Assembly (NCBI GenBank): GCA_040222015.1
Contig: JAVJWO010000179.1
Coordinates: forward strand, 1 to 64,000
Direction of reading: 5' to 3'
DNA from: Coleofasciculus chthonoplastes F2-STO-03
Lineage (GTDB): Bacteria; Cyanobacteriota; Cyanobacteriia; Cyanobacteriales; Coleofasciculaceae
DNA length: 64,000 bases
Shown here: positions 41,707 to 51,213 of the stretch, in pieces
Layout of the letters: the number at the start of each line of letters is the position of its first letter
Numbering within the stretch: the stretch's first letter is position 1
Translations under genes and position numbers: made by a program
The notes under the pieces: model-generated
The model's input: only the letters and a program-made list of their open reading frames with translations
Databases searched by the model: none
What the model was told of the DNA's origin: nothing

Positions 41707-42488
41707 TGAAAGAACCACTGATTGAACTAAAGGGAGTCTCCAAGTCCTTTGGGGGTAACGTCATCCTGGATAATGTTGATCTGACGATTTATCAGGGCGA
41801 AGCCTTAGGTATCATTGGACCCTCTGGGACGGGTAAATCTACGATTCTACGCATGATGGCGGGTTTAATGCCCCTGGATGAGGGTGAAATCTATGTGCAA
41901 GGACAAAAGCGTTCGGGTTTAATTGAAGATGCCAAAGACCCAATTGGCATCGGTATGGTGTTCCAGCAGTCTGCTCTGTTTGACTCCCTAAGTATCCGTG
42001 AAAATGTGGGGTTTTTTCTTTACCAGCATTCTAAACTGTCTGAGGAGCGCATTCGGGAATTAGTAGATGAGAAGCTAGAGATGGTGGGGTTACCCGGAAT
42101 TGCCGATCAGTATCCGGCTGAACTCTCAGGCGGGATGCGTCGGCGAGTGAGTTTTGCCCGGGCGATTATGACTAACCCGGATAATCCCCAAGACAACCCG
42201 GAAATTTTACTCTATGACGAACCCACGGCTGGACTTGATCCGATCGCGTCTACTGTGATTGAAGATTTAGTTCGTCAACTGCAATGTGTTGAAGGCGGAT
42301 GTAAGACTTACGTAATGGTCACTCACCAAGATAGTACCATTCGCCGTACCGCTGACCGAGTTGTGTTTCTCTACAAAGGCAAGGTACAGTGGCAAGGTTC
42401 TATCGGCGAGATTGATACAACCGATAATCCTCTGGTGCGACAATTTTTCAGTGCCAGTACCAGCGGACCAATTCAGGTGGTTGGTTAG
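41706..42488 (+). CDS. ABC transporter ATP-binding protein (MlaF/TGD3-like)
   Basis: GPSGTGKS, LSGGM, YDEPTAGLDP; adjacent to a MlaD gene. Confidence 0.92.
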   Translation: MKEPLIELKGVSKSFGGNVILDNVDLTIYQGEALGIIGPSGTGKSTILRMMAGLMPLDEGEIYVQGQKRSGLIEDAKDPIGIGMVFQQSALFDSLSIRENVGFFLYQHSKLSEERIRELVDEKLEMVGLPGIADQYPAELSGGMRRRVSFARAIMTNPDNPQDNPEILLYDEPTAGLDPIASTVIEDLVRQLQCVEGGCKTYVMVTHQDSTIRRTADRVVFLYKGKVQWQGSIGEIDTTDNPLVRQFFSASTSGPIQVVG

Positions 42489-42583
42489 GATAAAGGCAAG
42501 GGCTTGATCGGTCATTTGCCATTGTCATCTATCCCGGCAAATGCCCGCCAATTTACCACATAAGGGTACAGTGAGGAGAAACC

Positions 42584-43987
42584 ATGCGATCGCGAACCAT
42601 TAGAGAAGGCTCCGTTGGCTTATTAATTCTAGTTGGACTCGCCGTGCTTGCTGGCTTGGCGATTTGGATTCGGGGTTTGAAGTTTGGCAATCGCAGTTAC
42701 AGCTTTGTCGTTAATTTTCCTAACGTCGCTGGGATGAAAGAAGGAGCCACTGTGCGCTATCGGGGGGTTGATGTGGGCAACATTACTGATATTCAAGCCA
42801 CAACCAACGGCGTTGATGTCACCATCGAAATTGCATCAGAAGACTTAGTGATCCCAGAGGATGTTGCCATTGAAGCCAATCAATCGGGTTTAATTGGCGA
42901 AACCTCGGTAGATATTACCCCACTTCGGGAAGTGTCCTCGAATATTCAGTCGATGAACCCTCTGAAGTCTGAATGCAATTCGGATGTGATTATTTGTAGT
43001 GGTGAGCAGATTGAGGGTGAGATTGGGGTTAGCTTTATTGAACTTCTCCGCAATACTGAGCGCTTAACCACCATCTATACCGATCCGCTATTTTTTAATA
43101 ACATCAACTCTCTCGCCCAAAATGCCTCCCTCGCCGCCAGTGGTATCGCTCAACTTGCGGGTGAATTATCCTTATTATCGCGTTCCGTGCGTCAAGAAGT
43201 CGGCGGATTTTCTCAGGCGTCTGATGCGATCACCACAGCGGCTACCCAGACAACTCAACGCATTGGCGATACAGCGGATCAATTTAGTCAGACAGCTGTG
43301 CAACTCAATCGATTAATTGCCTCAACAAATGATTTAGTCACCAGAAATCGAGCAGTTTTAGTCGGAACGTTAACCAGTGTGAGTCAAACCAGCGAACAGT
43401 TGGGCGTTCTGTTAAGCGACTTGAGACCAACTCTAGAAAATGTCAACACGACGATTGATTTAGTCAATGCACAAGTCGATCAAGCGGATGTCAGCACCAT
43501 CATTGAAAACGTCGAAACCGCCTCCGAAAATTTAGTCGCCCTCTCCGCTAATGCGGCTGAGGTATCTGCTGACTTACGTGATATCTCCAATTCTCTGGAC
43601 AGTCCCAGCACTGCTATCGTATTGCAACAGCTATTAGATTCAGCACGGGTAACCTTTGAAAATACGCAAAAGATTACATCAGATTTGGAAGATTTAACGG
43701 GTGATCCGGCGTTCCGTCAAAATCTAAAAGAGTTAGTCAATGGACTTAGTGAACTTGTTTCTTCCACGGAACAATTGGAACAGCAAATTGAGGTGGCACA
43801 AGTTGTCGAAGCCGCCAGTGCTGAAATTACAACGGCGGCGGTTCAGGTCGTGGATAAATCCCGTGAGCTTAATCCACAATCTATTGATGAGGAGTTAACT
43901 AAGTCTAAACATCGACTGAATCACCATCACCATATCCTGAAAAAATTGCCGCCAATTCCTAAAAAGTCAGTGGTGGATACGGATTAA
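42584..43987 (+). CDS. MlaD/MCE family protein
   Basis: REGSVGL N-terminal TM, VRYRGVDVG, long coiled coil. Confidence 0.92.
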   Translation: MRSRTIREGSVGLLILVGLAVLAGLAIWIRGLKFGNRSYSFVVNFPNVAGMKEGATVRYRGVDVGNITDIQATTNGVDVTIEIASEDLVIPEDVAIEANQSGLIGETSVDITPLREVSSNIQSMNPLKSECNSDVIICSGEQIEGEIGVSFIELLRNTERLTTIYTDPLFFNNINSLAQNASLAASGIAQLAGELSLLSRSVRQEVGGFSQASDAITTAATQTTQRIGDTADQFSQTAVQLNRLIASTNDLVTRNRAVLVGTLTSVSQTSEQLGVLLSDLRPTLENVNTTIDLVNAQVDQADVSTIIENVETASENLVALSANAAEVSADLRDISNSLDSPSTAIVLQQLLDSARVTFENTQKITSDLEDLTGDPAFRQNLKELVNGLSELVSSTEQLEQQIEVAQVVEAASAEITTAAVQVVDKSRELNPQSIDEELTKSKHRLNHHHHILKKLPPIPKKSVVDTD

Positions 43988-43992
43988 GGAGA

Positions 43993-44101
43993 GCAGGGGG
44001 AGCTGGGGGAGCTGGGGAAGCTGGGGAAGCTGGGGACAAATGACGAATGACGAATGACGAATGACGAATGACGAATGACGAATGACGAATGACGAATGAC
44101 G
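43993..44101. repeat. 9-mer (GCTGGGGRA) and 7-mer (TGACGAA) tandem repeats
   Basis: Directly visible between convergent genes. Confidence 0.9.
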
Positions 44102-44133
44102 ATCTGTGCCGTTAACTTTTATTGTCCTTAATG

Positions 44134-44439
44134 TTAAGTCCAGTCATCTTGGCTCTCGACAGATTTAGGTTGCTTATAAACGTGACCCTGGCTGTGAATT
44201 TGACGGGTTAACTCAAATAACCTGTCTTCGGTTAAACTCCACTGCTGGAGAATCCGTTCGAGCCCCTGTTGAATCTCTCTAGCGCCAGGAAACCGAGAAT
44301 AGCGAATCCGTAATCGCGCCAATTCGGTCAACTGATAATCTGTCGGATCTGCTTTGATTTCCAAGAGACGATCCACTAGGGCGCGATCGCTCTTTTCTTG
44401 GGGATGTTGTTGGTCTTTGTTTTCTAAGATTGATGACAT
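44134..44439 (-). CDS. DUF3288 family protein
   Basis: KDQQHPQ..DR, ELARLRIRY..FPGA. Confidence 0.85.
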   Translation of the reverse strand: MSSILENKDQQHPQEKSDRALVDRLLEIKADPTDYQLTELARLRIRYSRFPGAREIQQGLERILQQWSLTEDRLFELTRQIHSQGHVYKQPKSVESQDDWT

Positions 44440-44809
44440 AATTGTACTTGACTTTTTTGCCATTATTCTTTATTAGTCCGCTTTAAGTTCCCCGCAAATG
44501 TTACAGAGTTTGAAGTTCTGTAACTTAATCCTCAAACAGATGAGAGTGCTGCGGTAAACTAAGCCTTAATCCATTGTCTGCCTTACTGCGATCGGCGAGA
44601 ATACTCCTGTCATAATCGTTGATTAGACGGCGAGAGCGATCGCCCGTGTGTGAGCAGATCCATCTGCAATAATAGATTGCGTACTGTCACAGAACCTACC
44701 GTTAACTTGAATAAGGGATAACGGGGGCTTGTTAAAAGTTGGGACTGTGACCACCTTACCTGAGTCATCAGGTAAACAGTATGCCATTAGAATCCCTGAC
44801 TATCCCTAA

Positions 44810-45121
<312 letters not shown>

Positions 45122-45386
45122 GGGTATTTTGAGACCAATCTATACCATTGTAGGGATACAGGGGCATTGGTATTCGAGCTTTCGCTTGTATGGTAATGCT
45201 TCTGCATCTCTACTAAAAATTGCCAATTTTTCAGTAAATTTGAATACAAAAAGGCAAATTTCGTAGGGACACGATCTGCCGTGTCCCTCGGAAAAATGAA
45301 TGAATAACGTATGATGAAAAGCTGATCACGGCTAAACCTGGCTTAAGTCATGGTAATGATTCTTGACGTTCCCATGGGTTGCCCTC

Positions 45387-45649
45387 TAGCCTGTATCGAA
45401 TAAGATGTTCATGAACCGCATCTTACTTCGTGAAGACGCGGATTGCCAGAGATAACCTGGCAGTAGAGACCTTCCCTGGACGGTCTGTACATGAATAGGG
45501 CATGAGTTGGTAAGGGACAATCACTTCTGAACGTTTCTCTAGTTCAGCTTAAATGTAGGTTCAGGAATCTCTCTTGACTGGGTAAATCCAGGACACACCC
45601 TTGCCAATGCCTGAAGAGACGTAAACATTTACACGAGTGGATTATCTCT
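45387..45649 (+). ncRNA. omegaRNA (HEARO-like): about 20-nt 5' guide plus scaffold from about 45407
   Basis: Structured ~240-nt region directly 5' of a PLMP-domain gene; hairpins CCGCATCTT/AAGACGCGG, TGCCAG/CTGGCA, CTGAAC/GTTCAG. Confidence 0.75.
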
Positions 45650-46964
45650 ATGAATCGTGTTCCAGTAGTTAGTAAAGAGGGAAAACCCTTGATGCCCACC
45701 AAGCCATCCAGGGCTAGGCGGTGGATAAAAGAGGGCAAAGCGGTCGGGAAATGGTCGGACTTGGGCGTATACCACGTTCAACTTACCGCACCATCGCGCC
45801 TAGCAGTGCAACCGATTGCTGTTGGGGTAGATCCGGGAAAATCGTACTCTGGCGTCGGTGTCCAGTCGGCTAAATGTACCCTGCTACAATTGCATCTTAT
45901 CCTTCCATTTGGTCGCGTTAAAAAGCGGATGGAGACCCGCGCCATGCTACGACGGTCTCGGCGAGGCAGAAGGATTAACCGGGACGTTCCGTTTAAACTG
46001 CGTAACCACCGCCAATGCAGGTTCGACAATCGCAAACAGTGCAAACTCCCCCCATCCATTAAAGCCTCACGGCAGTTGGAGTTAAGGGTAGTCAAAGAGT
46101 TGGCGGCGATATTCCCGGTAACTGCAATTGGCTATGAGCGAGTTAGAGCTGACATAGACCAGACCAAACGCAAACGCGCCAAGTCGGGCAAAGGTTTCTC
46201 TCCGGTGATGACTGGTCAAAATTGGGCAATATCCCAGATGGAAAAAATCGCCCTTCGACAAGCTCAGGGTATCACCCCTGTCTACGTCCGCGAAGGCTTC
46301 TCAAAGGATGGGAACGGCACATCTCAACTCCGAAGCCAACTAGGTCTAGAGAAGGATAAGACCAACAAATCTATAGCCAAACCGGAGACCCACGCAGTTG
46401 ATGGAGTGGCATTGGCTTGCGGGTATTTCATCAAGTATGTCCCGTTTAATGGCTCTAACTCTCGCGGTTACACTCACTTTGGCAGCGTCAATATCACTCC
46501 CTCCCCATTCAACACCTCGGCTCCGCTCGGTGTTGACGCGCTCGCGGAGCCGAAGCGTCAAAATCATTACCCGTCCTGGCGCAGTAAAACGGGGGAAAGA
46601 GTATGGTTTTTTCCGCCGTCAATTGCACTTTGAAGTGCCGGACAAGTCAGGAAAAAGGAAGCGCAAAGGTGGGACAATCACCCCGTTTGGAGTTAGGATT
46701 GGTGACTTGGTAAAAGCCGAAAAAGCCGGAAAAGTCTATATTGGCTACGTCGGCGGATTCACTAAAACTAAAGATACCAAAAATATCTCTGTTTGTGACT
46801 ACACCTGGAAACGTATTGGGCAATTTGCCCCCAGTAAAGTCGAGTTAATCAGGAGGAATAACGGCTTATGTGTAGCGTAAAGGAGATGGACGTCTCCATT
46901 CTTCCAGCGTCCCGCTATCCCTCCTCGGATTACTTCGTTGAATCCGAGGACTCCCGCGAACACG
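45407..46964 (+). mobile_element. Non-autonomous IS200/IS605 element carrying omegaRNA + isrB
   Basis: Terminal hairpins with similar loops (ACTTCGTG, ACTTCGTTG) at both ends; no tnpA; lies between psaC and glmS. Confidence 0.8.
45650..46880 (+). pseudogene. isrB: IsrB (HNH-less IscB relative, RRXRR/PLMP domain), frameshifted
   Basis: GKPLMPT, RuvC-I VGVDPG, Arg-rich bridge helix, RuvC-II YE, RuvC-III HAVD; no HNH. Removing 46511-46559 joins both ORFs (...PSPF-KIITRP...). Confidence 0.85.
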
Positions 46965-46998
46965 TTGAAGGCATAATGTTTGAGGAGTGAGCAGTTCA

Positions 46999-48951
46999 AT
47001 GTGTGGAATCGTCGGTTATATCGGCACGCAACCAGCAACAGATATTTTAATGGCAGGGTTAGAACGACTCGAATATCGAGGCTATGATTCTGCCGGAATT
47101 GCCACCGTTTGGGAAGGAGAGATTCAGTGCGTTCGCGCTAAAGGCAAACTCTACAATTTACGAGAAAAACTGGAACGTACCGATAACCAAGCCCGACTTG
47201 GTATTGGACATACCCGTTGGGCAACTCACGGAAAACCGGAAGAATATAATGCCCATCCCCATACCGACACCCATCAGCGCGTGGCGGTGGTGCAAAATGG
47301 CATCGTGGAAAACTATCGAGAATTACGGGAAGACTTGAAAAAACGGGGACATGAATTCCGTTCTGATACCGATACCGAAGTGATTCCCCACCTGATTGCC
47401 GAGTTTCTCCCCGAACCCTCAACCCCGGATTTTCAACACCCGAATGCTTTTTTAGACGCCGTGCGCCAAGCGGTGAATCAACTCCATGGGGCGTTTGCGA
47501 TCGCGATTATTTGTGCCGACTATCCCGATGAACTGATTGTCGCACGACAACAGGCTCCTTTAATCCTGGGATTTGGTCAAGGGGAATTCTTCTGCGCCTC
47601 CGATACTCCCGCCCTCGTCCCCCACACCCATGCGGTATTGAACCTAGAGAATGGGGAACTGGCACGGTTAACCCCTCTAGGGGCAGAAGTCTATAACTTT
47701 GCTGGGGAACGTCTTCGCAAATTCCCCCGCACCCTCAACTGGAATCCCGTACAAGTCGAAAAACAGGGATTCCGTCATTTCATGCTCAAAGAAATTTTTG
47801 AGCAACCGGGTGTGGTGCGAACCTGTTTAGAAGCTTATGTTAGCAGTGATTGGTCAGCGGGAGAAAATGATGGCAGTAGCGCGATACCTGATCAAAACCC
47901 AGTCGCCGGAGACACCCCATCCATAACCACGCCGATACAATTGGGACTTCCTGAGTCGTTGTATGAAAACTTAGAACACGTCCAGATATTAGCATGTGGT
48001 ACCAGTTGGCACGCCAGTCTGGTGGGGAAATACCTGATCGAACAATTAGCTGGAATTCCCACGATGGTACAATATGCCTCAGAATTCCGCTATGCCCCCT
48101 CACCCTTAACGCGCAATACCCTCACCATTGGCGTTACTCAATCGGGAGAAACTGCTGATACTTTAGCAGCGTTGGAAATGGAAAAACGACGGCGTACTGG
48201 TTTAGGACAAGAGTATCAGCCGCGACTGGTGGGGATTACCAATCGTTCCGAGAGTTCTCTGGCGCATTTAGTCCCGCATATTATTGAGACGTTTGCGGGA
48301 ATGGAAATTGGTGTGGCGGCAACGAAAACCTTTGTCACTCAATTGGTGGTATTTTACTGTTTAGCTCTGGATTTAGCCTATCAACGCCAAACCCTACCCC
48401 CGTCACGGATTGCCGAAATTATTGCTGGGTTGCGTCAACTTCCCTCCCAGATTGAGTTGGTGTTATCGCGTCAGGAACATTATCTGGAAGAATTAGCCCA
48501 TGAGTTTGACGAAACCCAAGATTTCATCTTTTTGGGGCGTGGGATTAATTTCCCCATTGCCTTAGAAGGGGCGTTGAAGCTTAAGGAAGTCAGCTATATT
48601 CACGCCGAAGGGTATCCAGCTGGGGAGATGAAACACGGACCCATTGCCCTCTTAGATGCTAAAGTACCCGTGGTTGCGATCGCGATGCCGGGTACTGTGT
48701 ATGAAAAGGTGCTATCTAATGCCCAAGAAGCCAAGGCGCGGGATGCACGATTGATTGGGGTGACACCCATGCATGATCCAGAAGCGGCTCAAACCTTTGA
48801 TATTTTATTATCGGTACCCGTTGTTGAAGAATTACTGTCTCCAATTTTGGCAGTAATGCCTTTACAACTTTTGGCATATCATATTGCGGCGCGACGGGGT
48901 TTAGATGTGGATCAGCCTCGGAATTTGGCAAAATCAGTCACGGTGGAATAA
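46999..48951 (+). CDS. glmS: Glutamine-fructose-6-phosphate transaminase
   Basis: MCGIVG, LEYRGYDSAG, GHTRWATHG, PRNLAKSVTVE. Confidence 0.98.
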   Translation: MCGIVGYIGTQPATDILMAGLERLEYRGYDSAGIATVWEGEIQCVRAKGKLYNLREKLERTDNQARLGIGHTRWATHGKPEEYNAHPHTDTHQRVAVVQNGIVENYRELREDLKKRGHEFRSDTDTEVIPHLIAEFLPEPSTPDFQHPNAFLDAVRQAVNQLHGAFAIAIICADYPDELIVARQQAPLILGFGQGEFFCASDTPALVPHTHAVLNLENGELARLTPLGAEVYNFAGERLRKFPRTLNWNPVQVEKQGFRHFMLKEIFEQPGVVRTCLEAYVSSDWSAGENDGSSAIPDQNPVAGDTPSITTPIQLGLPESLYENLEHVQILACGTSWHASLVGKYLIEQLAGIPTMVQYASEFRYAPSPLTRNTLTIGVTQSGETADTLAALEMEKRRRTGLGQEYQPRLVGITNRSESSLAHLVPHIIETFAGMEIGVAATKTFVTQLVVFYCLALDLAYQRQTLPPSRIAEIIAGLRQLPSQIELVLSRQEHYLEELAHEFDETQDFIFLGRGINFPIALEGALKLKEVSYIHAEGYPAGEMKHGPIALLDAKVPVVAIAMPGTVYEKVLSNAQEAKARDARLIGVTPMHDPEAAQTFDILLSVPVVEELLSPILAVMPLQLLAYHIAARRGLDVDQPRNLAKSVTVE

Positions 48952-49005
48952 GTGCCAAACGTTATGTTCTAGAGTAAAAAGAAATGCCGAACAGCTTATT
49001 ATACA

Positions 49006-49039
49006 GATGCCCCATCCCCTTGTGGGTGGGGTTGTTGAC
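49006..49039 (-). mobile_element. Solo IS200/IS605 end hairpin (IscB-type omegaRNA start)
   Basis: Minus strand GTCAACAACCCCACCCACAAGGGGATGGGGCAT, cut off by a family B MITE end. Confidence 0.55.
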
Positions 49040-49433
49040 CGTTCTACTACTTAGGTCGAGATGCTTCACTCCGCTGTCGCTCCGTTCAGCATGACATTTC
49101 GCCACGATACTTCTATTCCTCACTATCGGCAAAATTGACGTTTTCATAAATATCGCTCAAATTGATCTGAAACCCGATTAAACCTAGTAAAACTCACGGA
49201 TAAAACTTGATAAATCAATACTTTGTTCGTAGTAGGCACGAAGCTTGCCAGAAGCACTTTAGCGCTTACTATAAACTCTAAAGTCAGTGCTATTCACTTT
49301 AATGGTATGTCCCCTGGCGAAGCGCGATCGCATTAGACATGTCAATGATCGCATTCTTCTATTTTGGCTTATGTTTAGTCAGCCGTGCAATCCTGGGTAC
49401 AATGATTGGCGTATCTATCATGACTGAACTACC

Positions 49434-50204
49434 ATGAATCAACCGTTACGGACATTAGGTGTCGCCCCCAATGCTTGGGGAGTGAATGATGCGATCGCGG
49501 ATCTCACTCGCCCCTCCCTAACCCCTCACCCCATTACCCTCACCACAGAAACCAAAAGCCTGCGCCTGGATTTAGTCAAATCTGCCATCCTGATCATCGA
49601 CATGCAAAATGACTTCTGTCATCCCGATGGCTGGTTAGCCCATATCGGCGTAGATGTAACCCCCGCCCGTAGCCCAATTGCATCCCTGACAAGCTTGCTT
49701 CCCCAGCTACGAGATGTCAACGTTCCTGTGATTTGGGTGAACTGGGGAAATCGTCCCGACTTACTCAATATTAGTGCTGGATTGCGCCATGTTTACAATC
49801 CTACAGGTGCAGGAATTGGACTCGGTGATCCCTTGCCCAAAAATGGGGCAAAAGTGTTAACAAAAGACAGTTGGGCTGCCGCAATTGTGGATGGATTAAA
49901 CCACGAACCCGAAGATATTTATATTGACAAATATCGCATGAGTGGTTTCTGGGATACTGCCTTAGACAGCATTTTACGCAATATGGGCAAAACCACTCTT
50001 TTCTTTGCTGGCGTCAACATTGATCAATGTGTCATGGCAACATTACAAGATGCTAACTTCCTGGGGTATGATTGTGTTTTGCTCAAAGATTGTGCGGCAA
50101 CAACGTCTCCTGATTACTGCTTTAAAGCCACTATTTATAATGTTAATCAATGCTTTGGCTTTACCAGCGATTCTCAATTACTTATTAAAGCGATAAAAGC
50201 CTAG
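49434..50204 (+). CDS. Cysteine hydrolase (isochorismatase family)
   Basis: IIDMQNDF, K.RMSGF, GVNIDQCV. Confidence 0.9.
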   Translation: MNQPLRTLGVAPNAWGVNDAIADLTRPSLTPHPITLTTETKSLRLDLVKSAILIIDMQNDFCHPDGWLAHIGVDVTPARSPIASLTSLLPQLRDVNVPVIWVNWGNRPDLLNISAGLRHVYNPTGAGIGLGDPLPKNGAKVLTKDSWAAAIVDGLNHEPEDIYIDKYRMSGFWDTALDSILRNMGKTTLFFAGVNIDQCVMATLQDANFLGYDCVLLKDCAATTSPDYCFKATIYNVNQCFGFTSDSQLLIKAIKA

Positions 50205-50342
50205 TCCAAAAAGGCAGAAGGTAAGGAGTAAAGTAGCAAGGGAGAAGGAAATAATCACGGTTGACGAATGACCAATGATAAATAACAAATAACCAATGAC
50301 AAATGAACAATGACAAATGAACAATTTTAGGAGAAAATTCCC

Positions 50343-50795
50343 ATGGAATTCCGTTGTATGATTCCCGTTATGAAATCCCCCAAGGACTACCAATCCTATC
50401 GCATTAGTCCCCAGGATAGCAACCGTTTAGCCATTATCTTCGATCCGGCGATCGCGGATTCATCATTAACCGTTTGTGTGGAGATTTTTGATCAAGGCGG
50501 CAAAACTCCCCCTAATCGTCATCAAATTGCTGTAGAAATGTTTTTTATCCTTAAAGGGGAAGGAATTGCCCGTTGTGATGGCAAAAATGTGCCATTTCGG
50601 GCAGGAGATAGTTTATTAGTCCCGCCAACGGGTATTCATGAAATTATAAATACAGGTCAAGGTCGTTTATATGCGTTATGTTTTATGGTTCCTAATGAGG
50701 ATTTTGTCGAACTTATTCGCAGCGGTATACCTGTAGATTTGGATGAGGAAGATTTTCGTGTATTAGGACGTACTGATGCTGTGGTTTCGTGTTAG
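50343..50795 (+). CDS. Cupin domain protein
   Basis: PNRH..AVEMFFILKGEG ... GDSLLVPPTGIHEIIN. Confidence 0.9.
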   Translation: MEFRCMIPVMKSPKDYQSYRISPQDSNRLAIIFDPAIADSSLTVCVEIFDQGGKTPPNRHQIAVEMFFILKGEGIARCDGKNVPFRAGDSLLVPPTGIHEIINTGQGRLYALCFMVPNEDFVELIRSGIPVDLDEEDFRVLGRTDAVVSC

Positions 50796-50974
50796 GACAC
50801 AGGGAATAGGGTAGGGTGGTAGAGATATAGTATACTACGTCTGGAACAGTCAGGGCGGGTTTTGCACAAATGTTATTATCAATAGCCAAAAGAAAGTTCC
50901 ATTACCCGCCCCTACAGACGCGCCATGACAGACGCGCCATGACAGACGCGCCATGGCGCGTCTCTACACACACT

Positions 50975-51111
50975 TTCCCTTTTTTCCAATCCATAATCCC
51001 TTGTTGCGCGATCGCGTGATGAATTCCATCAGGATAAATCTTGGCAACCTCAGGTTGTTGTTTTTCCACTTGATACTCATTCCAGACGGTAACGCGAGGA
51101 TTGGCTGTCAT
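50975..51111 (-). pseudogene. 5' fragment of a ThuA-like protein
   Basis: RVTVWNE...VAKIYPDGIHHAIA, then breaks into a repeat. Confidence 0.7.
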
Positions 51112-51152
51112 ATTAATATTATCAGTAAACTATTCTTTTTTTTATTATGCCA

Positions 51153-51213
51153 ATAACAAATGACAAATGACAAATGACAAATGACAAATGACAAATGACA
51201 AATGACAAATGAC
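51153..51213. repeat. STRR heptamer (TGACAAA)n
   Basis: Directly visible; overlaps the ATG of the next gene. Confidence 0.9.

Noticed and set aside
43993..44101. CRISPR array
   Set aside because: Head-to-tail 7- and 9-mers with no spacers; no repeat-spacer array or cas gene was seen anywhere in the window.
45130..45400. glmS ribozyme
   Set aside because: No recognisable core; the structured RNA nearby is explained by the omegaRNA.
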